From contig JAILQG010000107.1 of the NCBI GenBank assembly GCA_024699055.1, positions 14,494 through 78,493 of the forward strand: 64,000 nt of DNA, given 5' to 3'. A program made the translations under genes and the position numbers. The notes beneath the pieces are model-generated. The model was not told where the DNA came from and did not search any database. It was given only the letters and a program-made list of their open reading frames with translations. Source of the DNA: Bacteroidales bacterium. GTDB taxonomy: Bacteria; Bacteroidota; Bacteroidia; Bacteroidales; UBA932. This document shows positions 38,859-51,255 of the stretch, one piece after another. Positions within the stretch are counted from its first letter, which is position 1. Each line of letters starts with the position of its first letter.

Positions 38859-41081
38859 ATGAAAAATAAATCAAGTCATGCAATAATTCTGGCTGTGCTG
38901 GCGCTCTGTTCCTGCAGGAACGAGGAACATCCGGCGGAGCCCGGATGCAGGAACCTCAGCTTTTCAGTCGAGGCGTCCGCCTGCGGCCATGGTACCAGGT
39001 CGGCGTTCTCCGGAAGCGAATCCAGTGTAAATACAGCCCAGGTGCTGGTGTACGATTCGTCGGAACGGCTTTATGCGGACGAATACTTTCCGGAAGTTTC
39101 CTCCGGGATGAAGATGAGGCTGAGCTCGGATGGAACCTACTGGTTCCTAGTGCTGTGCAACTGTGCGGAAATACCCGCGGGGTCCCTGCCCGCCACGCTG
39201 GCGCAGGCCCGTTCCTTCGATGTGTCGGCAGCTGCCGACATCAGCCCTTCCGGGCTGTTCGGAAGAGGACTTCCGATGGCGTGCGACACCGTTTTTTCGG
39301 TTACCTCCGACATGTCTGCAGTGTTCAATGTGTACCGGCTGGTGTCTAGGTGGGACATCCGTTACGAAAACATGGATGCCGGCCGGCTCGGTTTCACGCT
39401 GTCCGGCGTCACCATGCGCAACTGCGCCACCGATTTCCAGCCATGGTGCGACTGGCGCAACGGAGTATATTCCAGGCCGGTGAACGCCTGCGCGGACGGT
39501 GACTGGTCGGGCAACCGGGACCTGCAGCTCCTGGGTTTGGATTACTCGGAAGGAGGCTCCCAAAGGGCGTCTTTCTATGTGCTGGAAAACGGCCAGGGCA
39601 TACAGCCCGGCAGCCCGGACTATGAGTCCCGCAAACCTGAGAACGTGGCCACGATAAAAGACAGGGCGACGTATGCGCAGGTGGTGCTTACATATCCTGA
39701 GGAATCGGATTACTTCCGTTCCTCGGAAAGCGGTTCCGCCGACGGGGACGTGGTGTACAGGGTGTATCTGGGAAGGAACTCCTCGGACGATTTCAATATC
39801 GTGAGGAATACGTCCAACACGCTCACTATCAGGGATAATAAAGAAAGCATAGTGTTCGACCTCTCAGACGGGAACGACTCGTGGCAGGCGGAATACAACC
39901 TGGTGAAGATTACCGAAAGGGTGCCTACCTGGATGGCTTTCAGGTATCCTTCCTATTCGCTGAGCACCGTCGATCCGGCAGGGGCCGCCGTAGCCAATCC
40001 GGCCTCGGCGTTTCCCCTTCTCGGCAGGACAATCAGCTACCGCTCCGAAGACGAAAGCGTAGCGACGGTGGACAGGGATGGGATAATAAGCGCGACGGGT
40101 CCGGGGTCCGTCCGCATCCTGGCCTCCGTTCCGGCCGTGGCGCAGGGGAGCGTCCTGTACCGGAGCGCAACTGCGGTATGCAATGTGGACGTTTCCGACA
40201 AGCCGTGTGCATCCATGACGGTAGAACCTTCCGTGTGGACCGGCAGTTGGGGCAACTCATTCGCCCTTTCCGCCACGGAGCGCCGGCCGGAAGGCGGCAC
40301 CCTATCATGGTATTCCACCGACTCGGACGTCGCCTCCGTTTCCGCGGATGGCGTGGTTTCCACCCTTCGCCCTGGAAGATGCATAATTGCGGGCGTCCTT
40401 TCGGCCAACGGATACGCGTCCGCCACGGCGTCCTGCGCCGTAACCGTGACCAGGAGACCGGCAAACCTGCTCTTCACGCCTGATGTGCTCAGGAAGCAGG
40501 CCACCTCGGGAATGACCTGGAGAACCGTGCTCTCGTCCGATTCCCCTGGAGAACTCAGCACGGCGGCGTACATGATGGGAGAAGGCGGCAGGGTGAACAT
40601 AAACGGCCAGGCCTATACTCCCGCAGGCGCCGTCTGGCCCGCCATCGATGCCGACCATCCGGTGTCCAATCTGTATTTCAGCAATGCCAGTTTCCAAAGC
40701 GGGGTGAGTTACTACTGCACGGTCGTCCAGGGCGAAACGGACCTTTACGAGGCCGGGGAGGCCACATTCGTCTACTCGGCCACGTCCGAAGGCGAAGGCG
40801 TGAGGGTGACTCCGGACGACGTGACGCTGCTCTTCGACGGGAGCGCCACCCTCACCGGCGAAATCATCGGCCAGAACACGGGAATCTCGGCCGGCACGCT
40901 GGAGTGGACCAGCAGCGATCCGGCAATCGCCTCCGTCAGCCCGACCACTTCAAACGGAAGGCCCGGAGAGATTACTAGCGTAACCGTCCGGGCCGGTAGA
41001 AAGGAAGGAACCGCGGTCATAACCGCAACTGACGGTTTCAACCACTCCGGTTCCTGTATCGTGCGGGTGAAGCGCGAATGA
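38859..41081 (+). CDS. Type V pilus tip subunit (DUF4906-like) with C-terminal Ig-like repeats
   Basis: Lipobox LCSC, GTR|S, YVLENGQG, YRVYLG..DFNIVRN and three [WY]xSxDxxxAxV Big_2-type repeats. Confidence 0.68.
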   Translation: MKNKSSHAIILAVLALCSCRNEEHPAEPGCRNLSFSVEASACGHGTRSAFSGSESSVNTAQVLVYDSSERLYADEYFPEVSSGMKMRLSSDGTYWFLVLCNCAEIPAGSLPATLAQARSFDVSAAADISPSGLFGRGLPMACDTVFSVTSDMSAVFNVYRLVSRWDIRYENMDAGRLGFTLSGVTMRNCATDFQPWCDWRNGVYSRPVNACADGDWSGNRDLQLLGLDYSEGGSQRASFYVLENGQGIQPGSPDYESRKPENVATIKDRATYAQVVLTYPEESDYFRSSESGSADGDVVYRVYLGRNSSDDFNIVRNTSNTLTIRDNKESIVFDLSDGNDSWQAEYNLVKITERVPTWMAFRYPSYSLSTVDPAGAAVANPASAFPLLGRTISYRSEDESVATVDRDGIISATGPGSVRILASVPAVAQGSVLYRSATAVCNVDVSDKPCASMTVEPSVWTGSWGNSFALSATERRPEGGTLSWYSTDSDVASVSADGVVSTLRPGRCIIAGVLSANGYASATASCAVTVTRRPANLLFTPDVLRKQATSGMTWRTVLSSDSPGELSTAAYMMGEGGRVNINGQAYTPAGAVWPAIDADHPVSNLYFSNASFQSGVSYYCTVVQGETDLYEAGEATFVYSATSEGEGVRVTPDDVTLLFDGSATLTGEIIGQNTGISAGTLEWTSSDPAIASVSPTTSNGRPGEITSVTVRAGRKEGTAVITATDGFNHSGSCIVRVKRE

Positions 41082-41090
41082 CGCTTACCC

Positions 41091-43991
41091 CTAGTAGCCG
41101 AAGATTTCCTCGAGGCTGAGGATTTTCACGGTACCGAGGGTCTTGAGGAAGTCCATGTCGAGGTCTTTCACATTACCGCAGATTGCGTAGTCGTACTTGC
41201 GGTCCTTTACGTTCTTCTGCTGGAAAGCGAGCACGTCGGCGAGGGTCTTGTCCTGAATCTCAGCGTAAATCCGCTTGTCTGCCGGCTCGTCGAGTCCGAG
41301 ACGCTTGGCGGCAGCGTATGACTGGAATATCCTCGATCCGGTGGTGCGCTGCGTGCGCATACGGCTCATGAGGCCTTCCTTGGCGATGTCGAAGTTGTTC
41401 TGCACCTCGGGCATGTCGTTGATGATCTCGTCGAAACCTTTAACTGCCTTCCGGAGTTTGTCGTTCTGGCTGCCGATGTAGGCGAAGAAGTAATACGGCT
41501 CGCTGAGACTGGACGGACTGACGTAGCGGGCGCTGGAGCTGTAGGCGAGAGCCTTGCTCTCACGCATCTCCTGGAACACGATGCTGTTCATGCCGCCGCC
41601 GAAGTACTCGTTGTACATATTGATGTCGGCCATGAGGGAGGCGTCGAACGTGGTGCCGTCGTTGGTGTACTGGAAGTAACTGAACTGCTTGGAATCGTAA
41701 TTGGCCACGAGTACGTCGCTTTCCTGCGAGGGAAGGGTGGGGGTGAAGCGCTCCTCGAGGGCCTCGGGATCGTCCGATACCTTGTGGAAGGACTTGAGGG
41801 CGGCGACGGCCTTGTTCTTCTCGGCCGGGCCGTAATAGGTGATGATATGGCCCTTGCCGTAGAGGTCCCTGACGCACTGAAGCAGTTCTTCGCTTCCGAG
41901 GGCGGCTATCTCGGCATTGCCGAGCGTGGTCTTCTTGATGAACTCGGGGCCGTAAAGGAGGTAGTCGGTGAGGGCTGAGAAGCAGGCGTCGAAATCGGCC
42001 TTCCTGTCCTGACGGTTCTTGAAGAGGTCGCCCTTGAGGTTCTCCAGGATAGCTTCATCGGGAACCGCGTTCAGGATGAGGCTCTCCACGATTGAGGCGG
42101 CTTCCGGGATGTTCTCGCCAAGGCCGCTCAGGTTCACGGTGAAGTGGTGGGCGTCGGAGTAGAAGCCGAAGTTGCAGGCCAGTTCATACATCTTCTTCGC
42201 AATCTCTTCCGCGCTCATTTCTGGAGTGCCGAGATAGCCCAGGTAATCGGTCGCGATGCCGAGTGCGGGAATGTCTTCGGTGCCGCGGTTGAAAATATAC
42301 TGCACGGTGGCGATGTCGTTGATTTCGTTCCTCTTGTAGCGGAGCTCCACGTTCTTGGAGAACTCGCTGACGCTCAGGTCTTTGGAAAAGTCGGCGAAGA
42401 CCGGCTCGATGGGAGCGGGCTTGCTGGAGGCGATCTCCTTGAGGAATTCACTCTGCTTGTCGCGGTTGGTGGCGATGGGAGTGATGGCGGGAGCCTCGAT
42501 CTTCTTTTCGCTGTCGTCGATGCCCTGACGCTTGTAAATGATGGCGAAATTGCTGTCGGTGAGATACTCGTTAGCGAACTTCACGACATCCTCCTTGGTG
42601 ACGGTGGAGTAGCGGTTGATGTCAGTTGCCGCATCCTTCCAGTCGATGCCGTTGATGAAGGCCTGTACGAAGAGGCGGGCGCGCATGCTGTTGTTCTCGA
42701 GCTGGCGCATCTTCTGAAGCTTGAGGTTGTTGACGGTGGCTGATATGAGGCTCTCGTCGAAGTCTCCATTGCGCAGTTTTGCGAACTCGGCAAGGGCGAG
42801 GTCTTTCACCTCGTCGAGGCTCTGTCCCTGCTTGGGCATGCCCATGACCATCATCATGCCGTAGTCGGCCATCTGGTAGGAACCGGCCTGGAGAAACATG
42901 CATTTCTGCTGCTGGTTGATGTCGAGGTCGATGAGACCCGCGCTGCCGTTGCTGAGAATGCTGCTTGCGATGTCGGCTACCGTAGCCGTCTGCAGGTCAG
43001 TTGCGGCGGGAAGCCTCCAGCCCATGGCGACCATTTCGGCCTCCTGGCCCTTCACTTCGACGGGGATGGGCTCGGCGATGGGGCTCTCAGCCTCGTACTG
43101 GAGCTTGGGAATGTCGGTCCTGGGTTCCCAGGAACCGAAGTATTTCTTTATGATCTTGATGGCCTGGTCGGGATCGAAGTCGCCGGAGAGGCAGACAGCC
43201 GCATTGTTCGGGCGATAGTACTTGTCGTACTGGGCCTTGATGTTCTTGAGGGAGGGGTTCTTCAGATGCTCCTGAGTGCCTATGACGGTCTGCATGCCAT
43301 AAGGATGATGGGGGAACAGGGCGGTCATGAGTTTCTCGTACACCTTGTTCATGTCGGAGGTGAGATTCATGTTGTACTCCTCATACACTGCCTCGAGTTC
43401 GGTGTGGAAGCCGCGCGGGACCAGGTTCATGAAGCGGTCCGACTGAATCCTGGCCCAGTTCTCGATCTGGTTGGACGGGATGTCCTCGGTATATACCGTC
43501 TCGTCCTCGCTGGTCCAGGCGTTGGTGCCGCGTGCGCCTATCATGCTCATCATCTTGTCATACTCGTTAGGGATGGCAATCTGGCTTGCGAGATAGCTCA
43601 CGGAGTCTATCTTGTGGTACTGGGCCTTGCGTTCCGCGGGGTCGGTCATTTTGCCGTACTCTTCATAGAGGGCGTCGATCTGGTCGAGCAGGGGCTTTTC
43701 GGCCTCGTAGTCCTGGGTGCCGAATTGCTGTGTACCCTTGAACATGAGATGCTCCAGATAGTGGGCCAGGCCGGTGCTCTCGTGAGGGTCGGTCTTGCCG
43801 CCGGTGCGTACGGCGATATAAGTCTGGATCCTGGGCTGTTCCTTGTTTACTGTCATGTACACCTTGAGCCCGTTGTCGAGAGTGTAAATCCTGGCTTTCA
43901 TGGGGTCTCCGGAAACTTTTTCATACTTTCCGCACCCTGCAGCAACCAGCCCCAAAAGGGTGAATACTGCGATTTTCAGAGTTATTTTCAT
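41091..43991 (-). CDS. M16 family zinc peptidase, lipoprotein
   Basis: Lipobox AAGC; GLAHYLEHLMFKGT (HxxEH); NAWTS; MRESKALAYS. Confidence 0.92.
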   Translation of the reverse strand: MKITLKIAVFTLLGLVAAGCGKYEKVSGDPMKARIYTLDNGLKVYMTVNKEQPRIQTYIAVRTGGKTDPHESTGLAHYLEHLMFKGTQQFGTQDYEAEKPLLDQIDALYEEYGKMTDPAERKAQYHKIDSVSYLASQIAIPNEYDKMMSMIGARGTNAWTSEDETVYTEDIPSNQIENWARIQSDRFMNLVPRGFHTELEAVYEEYNMNLTSDMNKVYEKLMTALFPHHPYGMQTVIGTQEHLKNPSLKNIKAQYDKYYRPNNAAVCLSGDFDPDQAIKIIKKYFGSWEPRTDIPKLQYEAESPIAEPIPVEVKGQEAEMVAMGWRLPAATDLQTATVADIASSILSNGSAGLIDLDINQQQKCMFLQAGSYQMADYGMMMVMGMPKQGQSLDEVKDLALAEFAKLRNGDFDESLISATVNNLKLQKMRQLENNSMRARLFVQAFINGIDWKDAATDINRYSTVTKEDVVKFANEYLTDSNFAIIYKRQGIDDSEKKIEAPAITPIATNRDKQSEFLKEIASSKPAPIEPVFADFSKDLSVSEFSKNVELRYKRNEINDIATVQYIFNRGTEDIPALGIATDYLGYLGTPEMSAEEIAKKMYELACNFGFYSDAHHFTVNLSGLGENIPEAASIVESLILNAVPDEAILENLKGDLFKNRQDRKADFDACFSALTDYLLYGPEFIKKTTLGNAEIAALGSEELLQCVRDLYGKGHIITYYGPAEKNKAVAALKSFHKVSDDPEALEERFTPTLPSQESDVLVANYDSKQFSYFQYTNDGTTFDASLMADINMYNEYFGGGMNSIVFQEMRESKALAYSSSARYVSPSSLSEPYYFFAYIGSQNDKLRKAVKGFDEIINDMPEVQNNFDIAKEGLMSRMRTQRTTGSRIFQSYAAAKRLGLDEPADKRIYAEIQDKTLADVLAFQQKNVKDRKYDYAICGNVKDLDMDFLKTLGTVKILSLEEIFGY

Positions 43992-44062
43992 GGAAATACT
44001 GATTTTTTGAACTTTTCGTCCGCAAAGTTATCATAAATCTCATAATAATGACTATATTACGA

Positions 44063-44139
44063 CGAAGTTTTTCATAGTTTAAGTTTAGGTTAAGTAGCGG
44101 GGCGGGCGCAGGGATGCGCCGCCCCGCGAATTTAGTTTT
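44063..44139 (+). ncRNA. Candidate small RNA (copy 2)
   Basis: 41 nt identical to the reverse complement of 21633-21673, then a hairpin with GGGA loop and a U-rich tail; TATATTAC box at 44053-44060. Confidence 0.65.
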
Positions 44140-44169
44140 AATTGTATGCGGGAAACGTAAAAAATTCAC

Positions 44170-44208
44170 TTTTACTCCCCGTGTTGCGGAACCGCCTACG
44201 TAGATTCA
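44170..44208 (+). promoter_or_regulatory. Putative promoter TTTTACTCCC-N21-TAGATTCA
   Basis: Shared motif with the same spacing as 20459. Confidence 0.5.
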
Positions 44209-44224
44209 CGGAAAACCATGATCT

Positions 44225-45295
44225 ATGAAGGCATTTTTTATTATTCCGATTGCGGTTGCGGCGCTGGTGGCGTGCGACCGTGTTGTGCAGGGTCCCGATG
44301 CCGGAAACGGGACGATGGTAATCAGTTTCATCAGCACCAGGGCGGAAGTCCCCGACACGAATGAGTTCCTGTTGAGCGTCACGGACGCCGGAGGAAAGGC
44401 GTATTACAGCGGGAAATACGGGGCGGCTCCGGAAAAGCTCGATCTGGCGCCCGGATCCTATACCGTGAGGGCGGTTTCGAGAGAATTCAAGGAGCCGCTT
44501 TTCGAATCGCCGCAATACGGTGATGAGCAGGTGGTGGTTGTGGAGAGCGGAAAGGTGGTGGCGGTGCATATGGCGTGCGCGCAGATGAACGCCGGCCTGA
44601 AACTCCGCCTCGGCGAGACATTCCTGGTGAACTATCCCGGAGGCACTCTGTACGCGAAGAGTCCCACCGGTCTTCTCATGTATGATTACTCTGAAACCAG
44701 GACCGGCTACTTCCAGCCTGGCCTGGTGTGGCTCGAACTCTCGTACGGAGGGGAGACTACAACGCTGTTTTCACGGGAGCTTACGGCTCAGGAAATGCTG
44801 TGCATCAGCATCCATTCCGGCTATTCTGTGCTGGAAGAGGGCGAGGTGGCGCAAAAGTATGGCGAAGGCCTCACCATGGAGCTGGACACGTCCAGAAACT
44901 GGACCGCCGAAGAGTTCGTAATAGGCGAGGGCGGCGGCGGAAGCGAGCTTTCGAGCGCCCTGAGCGTGGGACAGGCCCGCGGCATGGCCGCGGAGGAGAC
45001 AGAAGACGTGTGGGTTTACGGCTATATCGTAGGCGGAGACTGCACCTCTACCGGATGTTCGTTTACGCCGCCGTTCACTTCTTCCACGAACCTGCTGATT
45101 GCCGCCAAGACATCATGCGTCGACAAGGAATCCTGCCTTTCGGTACAACTGAAGAAGGGGGACATCCGCGATGCCCTGAATCTGGTGGACCATCCCGGAA
45201 ACATAGGGCGCCAAGTATACCTGAGGGGCGACCTGGTGGCCAAATACTACGGTATACCGGGAATAGGCAACCTGTCCGAATACAAACTGGACTAG
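44225..45295 (+). CDS. DUF4493/DUF6359-like surface lipoprotein (copy 2)
   Basis: Collinear homologue of 20517-21602; lipobox LVAC. Confidence 0.7.
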   Translation: MKAFFIIPIAVAALVACDRVVQGPDAGNGTMVISFISTRAEVPDTNEFLLSVTDAGGKAYYSGKYGAAPEKLDLAPGSYTVRAVSREFKEPLFESPQYGDEQVVVVESGKVVAVHMACAQMNAGLKLRLGETFLVNYPGGTLYAKSPTGLLMYDYSETRTGYFQPGLVWLELSYGGETTTLFSRELTAQEMLCISIHSGYSVLEEGEVAQKYGEGLTMELDTSRNWTAEEFVIGEGGGGSELSSALSVGQARGMAAEETEDVWVYGYIVGGDCTSTGCSFTPPFTSSTNLLIAAKTSCVDKESCLSVQLKKGDIRDALNLVDHPGNIGRQVYLRGDLVAKYYGIPGIGNLSEYKLD

Positions 45296-46266
45296 ACTTC
45301 GGTTTCCATTTCTATCAGCCACGAGGGGCGGCAAACCCGTCCCTCTAGGATGACATGCGGTTTGTCCGGGAAACGCCTTTGCATGTATTCCTCCACGGCG
45401 GCGAAGTCGGAGATGTCGCGAAGGTACACGATGAAGTACTTCGCGGCGTCCAGCGAAGAGCCGCCCTCCTCGAGGAGTGTTCCGATATTTTCGAGAAGGC
45501 GGTCGGTCTGGGCGATTACGTCCCCCTCGTGGAGCACGCAGCCCTTCGAATCGATGCTGGCCGTGCCGCTGATATAGTAGCGGCTGCCCCCTGGGAGAGA
45601 GAGCTTCACGCCCCGCTCAAACGCCACTCCGTAGTCGTGCGTGGGACTCATGTGGGACAGGGCTTTCAGATAGGTCTTGTCGCTCTCCTTTATGCCGGGA
45701 TAGCTGAGGAAATCCATGCTTACCAGTGCGGAACGGCTTTCGCTGCCGCCTCCGATGCCGGTGCTGGCGATGTAGTGGTTTTCGCAGCTGAGACCCTCTT
45801 CGGCGAAAACGTCGTTCCTGGCTCGCACCACGCCTGCATAGTTGGCATCGATGTCGCGGACATAAATCCAGGTGCGGACGAGATGTGTGGCCATCTGCAT
45901 GCCGGCGGCGGTGCTGCGGTACCTGTCGAACAGAAGCCTTGTCTGGGCGTAGGAGTCAAGCCCGGCGGCCTCTTCTTCGGTTAGGCGGAAGCTGTGGAAT
46001 ACGAAGCCGGGATCGGAGTCGGCGGTGTGCACCAGGGCGCATACGCGCGAACCGTCGAGGGGCGGTTGCTCCACTATCGAGACCGCCTTGCAGCCAAGGC
46101 GCTGAACTGAGGCGCGAAGCTTCGCTGCCTGATTCTGGGCGTCGCTGCAGAAAAATTTAATGAACGCCAGCTTTGCCGGAAGGCTGTTTATCTGTTCCAT
46201 TACCGAAGCGCAGGCTTCGTCGAAGTTTTCCGTGCGGCCGGGTCTGATGAATCGGTACAAGTCCAT
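45292..46266 (-). CDS. Rid/YjgF (endoribonuclease L-PSP-like) tandem-domain protein
   Basis: VRTWIYVRDID, ASTGIGG, FERG, ISGTASID and VCRPSWLIEME. Confidence 0.8.
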   Translation of the reverse strand: MDLYRFIRPGRTENFDEACASVMEQINSLPAKLAFIKFFCSDAQNQAAKLRASVQRLGCKAVSIVEQPPLDGSRVCALVHTADSDPGFVFHSFRLTEEEAAGLDSYAQTRLLFDRYRSTAAGMQMATHLVRTWIYVRDIDANYAGVVRARNDVFAEEGLSCENHYIASTGIGGGSESRSALVSMDFLSYPGIKESDKTYLKALSHMSPTHDYGVAFERGVKLSLPGGSRYYISGTASIDSKGCVLHEGDVIAQTDRLLENIGTLLEEGGSSLDAAKYFIVYLRDISDFAAVEEYMQRRFPDKPHVILEGRVCRPSWLIEMETEV

Positions 46267-46325
46267 GCTGCAAATTTAAGGATTTATTCTTTAATGACGG
46301 AAAATTTGTATATTTGCAACCCCAG

Positions 46326-46396
46326 GCAGGATTAGCACATCGGTAGTGCATTGGCTTCCCAAGCCAAGGAGGAGGGTTCGACTCCCTTATCCTGCT
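46326..46396 (+). tRNA. tRNA-Gly(CCC) (copy 2)
   Basis: 71 nt identical to 20292-20362; same TATATTTGCAACCCCA upstream. Confidence 0.95.
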
Positions 46397-46465
46397 CTTT
46401 TTTTGCCCCGATAAAGACCGGGGCATAATTTTGGCTGAGTAAAAGTCAAAGAACAACATTCATTT

Positions 46466-49735
<3,270 letters not shown>

Positions 49736-49766
49736 GAGCAACAACAATCAAAACAATACAGAAGAA

Positions 49767-50210
49767 ATGAGTACCAGAATCGATGAACCAATCGTTGATG
49801 TCAACGACGTATCCCATATCTCTGCGGGTACAATTGTGAAAGGTGAAATATCATCCCTCAACGACATCCGCGTGGACGGCACCGTAGAGGGCAAGATCTA
49901 CTCCAAAGGCAGGATCGTCGTAGGCGACAGGGCTTCCGTCACCGGCGCCCTCCTCTGCTGCAACGTAGACCTCGAAGGTAAGGTGGAAGGAGACGTCTAC
50001 GTCAAGGATACCATGTCCCTCAAGGGCAATGCATCCGTCAACGGCAACATCAACGTCCGCAAGTTCCAGGTGGAGATGGGCGCCCAGATAAACGGCACCT
50101 GCCACATGATCACCGAGGCCGACTTCGACAAGTTCGTTGCCGACGTGGTCACCACCCAGGTTCCCGGAAGCGAGCCCGTGAAGCCTGCCGCTCCCGCAAA
50201 GAAAGACTAA
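49767..50210 (+). CDS. Bactofilin (copy 2); alternative start 49716
   Basis: Homologue of 16479-16916. Confidence 0.86.
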   Translation: MSTRIDEPIVDVNDVSHISAGTIVKGEISSLNDIRVDGTVEGKIYSKGRIVVGDRASVTGALLCCNVDLEGKVEGDVYVKDTMSLKGNASVNGNINVRKFQVEMGAQINGTCHMITEADFDKFVADVVTTQVPGSEPVKPAAPAKKD

Positions 50211-50584
50211 ACATCGGAGTCTTTCCTTATCTTGAACAGCCTTGCATGTGAAAGGCTGTAGCTGATGTCGAAGCAGCGGAAGACGTCGTGTCCGTAGCGC
50301 ACCCTGGTGTAGCCGGTCACGAACGAAGGGCGGAAGCCCTGCTCTTCCAGGGGCACCAGTTCCGCGGATAATCTTCCGGAAGAGATGAGCTCTTCCAGTA
50401 TCCTGTAATTTTTGTTCAAAGCCGTCACTATCCGGTTCCGGAGCTGGCGGCTTTTTTGCTGTCTGGCATTGTGGTATGCGTTCTTGCAGACCTCGCTGCA
50501 GAACTTTTTGTCGGGCCTTCCATAGGTGAGTTTTCCGCACTGGAGGCATTCGCAGGGCACGTTTTCTTTGATATAGAGTGTCAT
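50207..50584 (-). CDS. Small basic Zn-ribbon protein (copy 2)
   Basis: CLQCGK...DKKFCSEVCKNAYHN. Confidence 0.75.
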   Translation of the reverse strand: MTLYIKENVPCECLQCGKLTYGRPDKKFCSEVCKNAYHNARQQKSRQLRNRIVTALNKNYRILEELISSGRLSAELVPLEEQGFRPSFVTGYTRVRYGHDVFRCFDISYSLSHARLFKIRKDSDV

Positions 50585-50895
50585 TAGCGCAAATATGCCA
50601 CGCTTTTTCACGGCGTGCAAGGGGGTAAAAAAACAAAGTCGATTATTTTCCGTTTTCACATGCATGCAGGTTTTTCTGAAGGCCTTCAGGATTATCTGTA
50701 TGCCGAAAGAATCGTTATCCGGAACTGTTTATTACCAAAGGATAGAAAGATAAATGTTTTGCAAAGCGTTAAAAACGAAAAAAACTGCATTGTAAACGTT
50801 TGAAAACGCTTTTTTCCGGATATGGTTCCTTTCCTTTGCAGCGTGGCGACCGGACCGCGCGGCCGGCTCGCACGCTAATATTTCAAGAAAGGATT

Positions 50896-51243
50896 ATGGA
50901 ACAGTTGAACAGAGTTGAACTCCGGGGCCTGGTGGGCAGCACGAAGGTGCAGACCCACTCCGGAAGGAGGGTGTGCCGAATGTCGGTGGCAACCTCCAGG
51001 GCATACAAAGATGCGATGGGCATGGCGAAGATAGACACCACCTGGCACACGGTGAATGCGTGGGAAGGCAATGGAATACCCAATCTGGACCTTATAGTGA
51101 AGGGCAGCAAGGTGAAGGTGAGCGGTTCTATCAGAAACGTCAAGTTTACTACCGAGGACGGGGTGGATCATTACTCTTCCGAGATACAGGCCAAAAAGAT
51201 ACAGCTGTTGGAGGACGACGAGCCCCTGGCTTACGAAATGTAA
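50896..51243 (+). CDS. ssb: Short single-stranded DNA-binding protein (copy 2)
   Basis: NRVELRG and TTWHTVNAW; homologue of 15505-15855. Confidence 0.88.
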   Translation: MEQLNRVELRGLVGSTKVQTHSGRRVCRMSVATSRAYKDAMGMAKIDTTWHTVNAWEGNGIPNLDLIVKGSKVKVSGSIRNVKFTTEDGVDHYSSEIQAKKIQLLEDDEPLAYEM

Positions 51244-51255
51244 AGGCATCATACC

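Noticed and set aside
37214-41081. Diversity-generating retroelement targeting pilin tips
   Set aside because: No reverse transcriptase and no template/variable repeat pair differing at adenines was seen.
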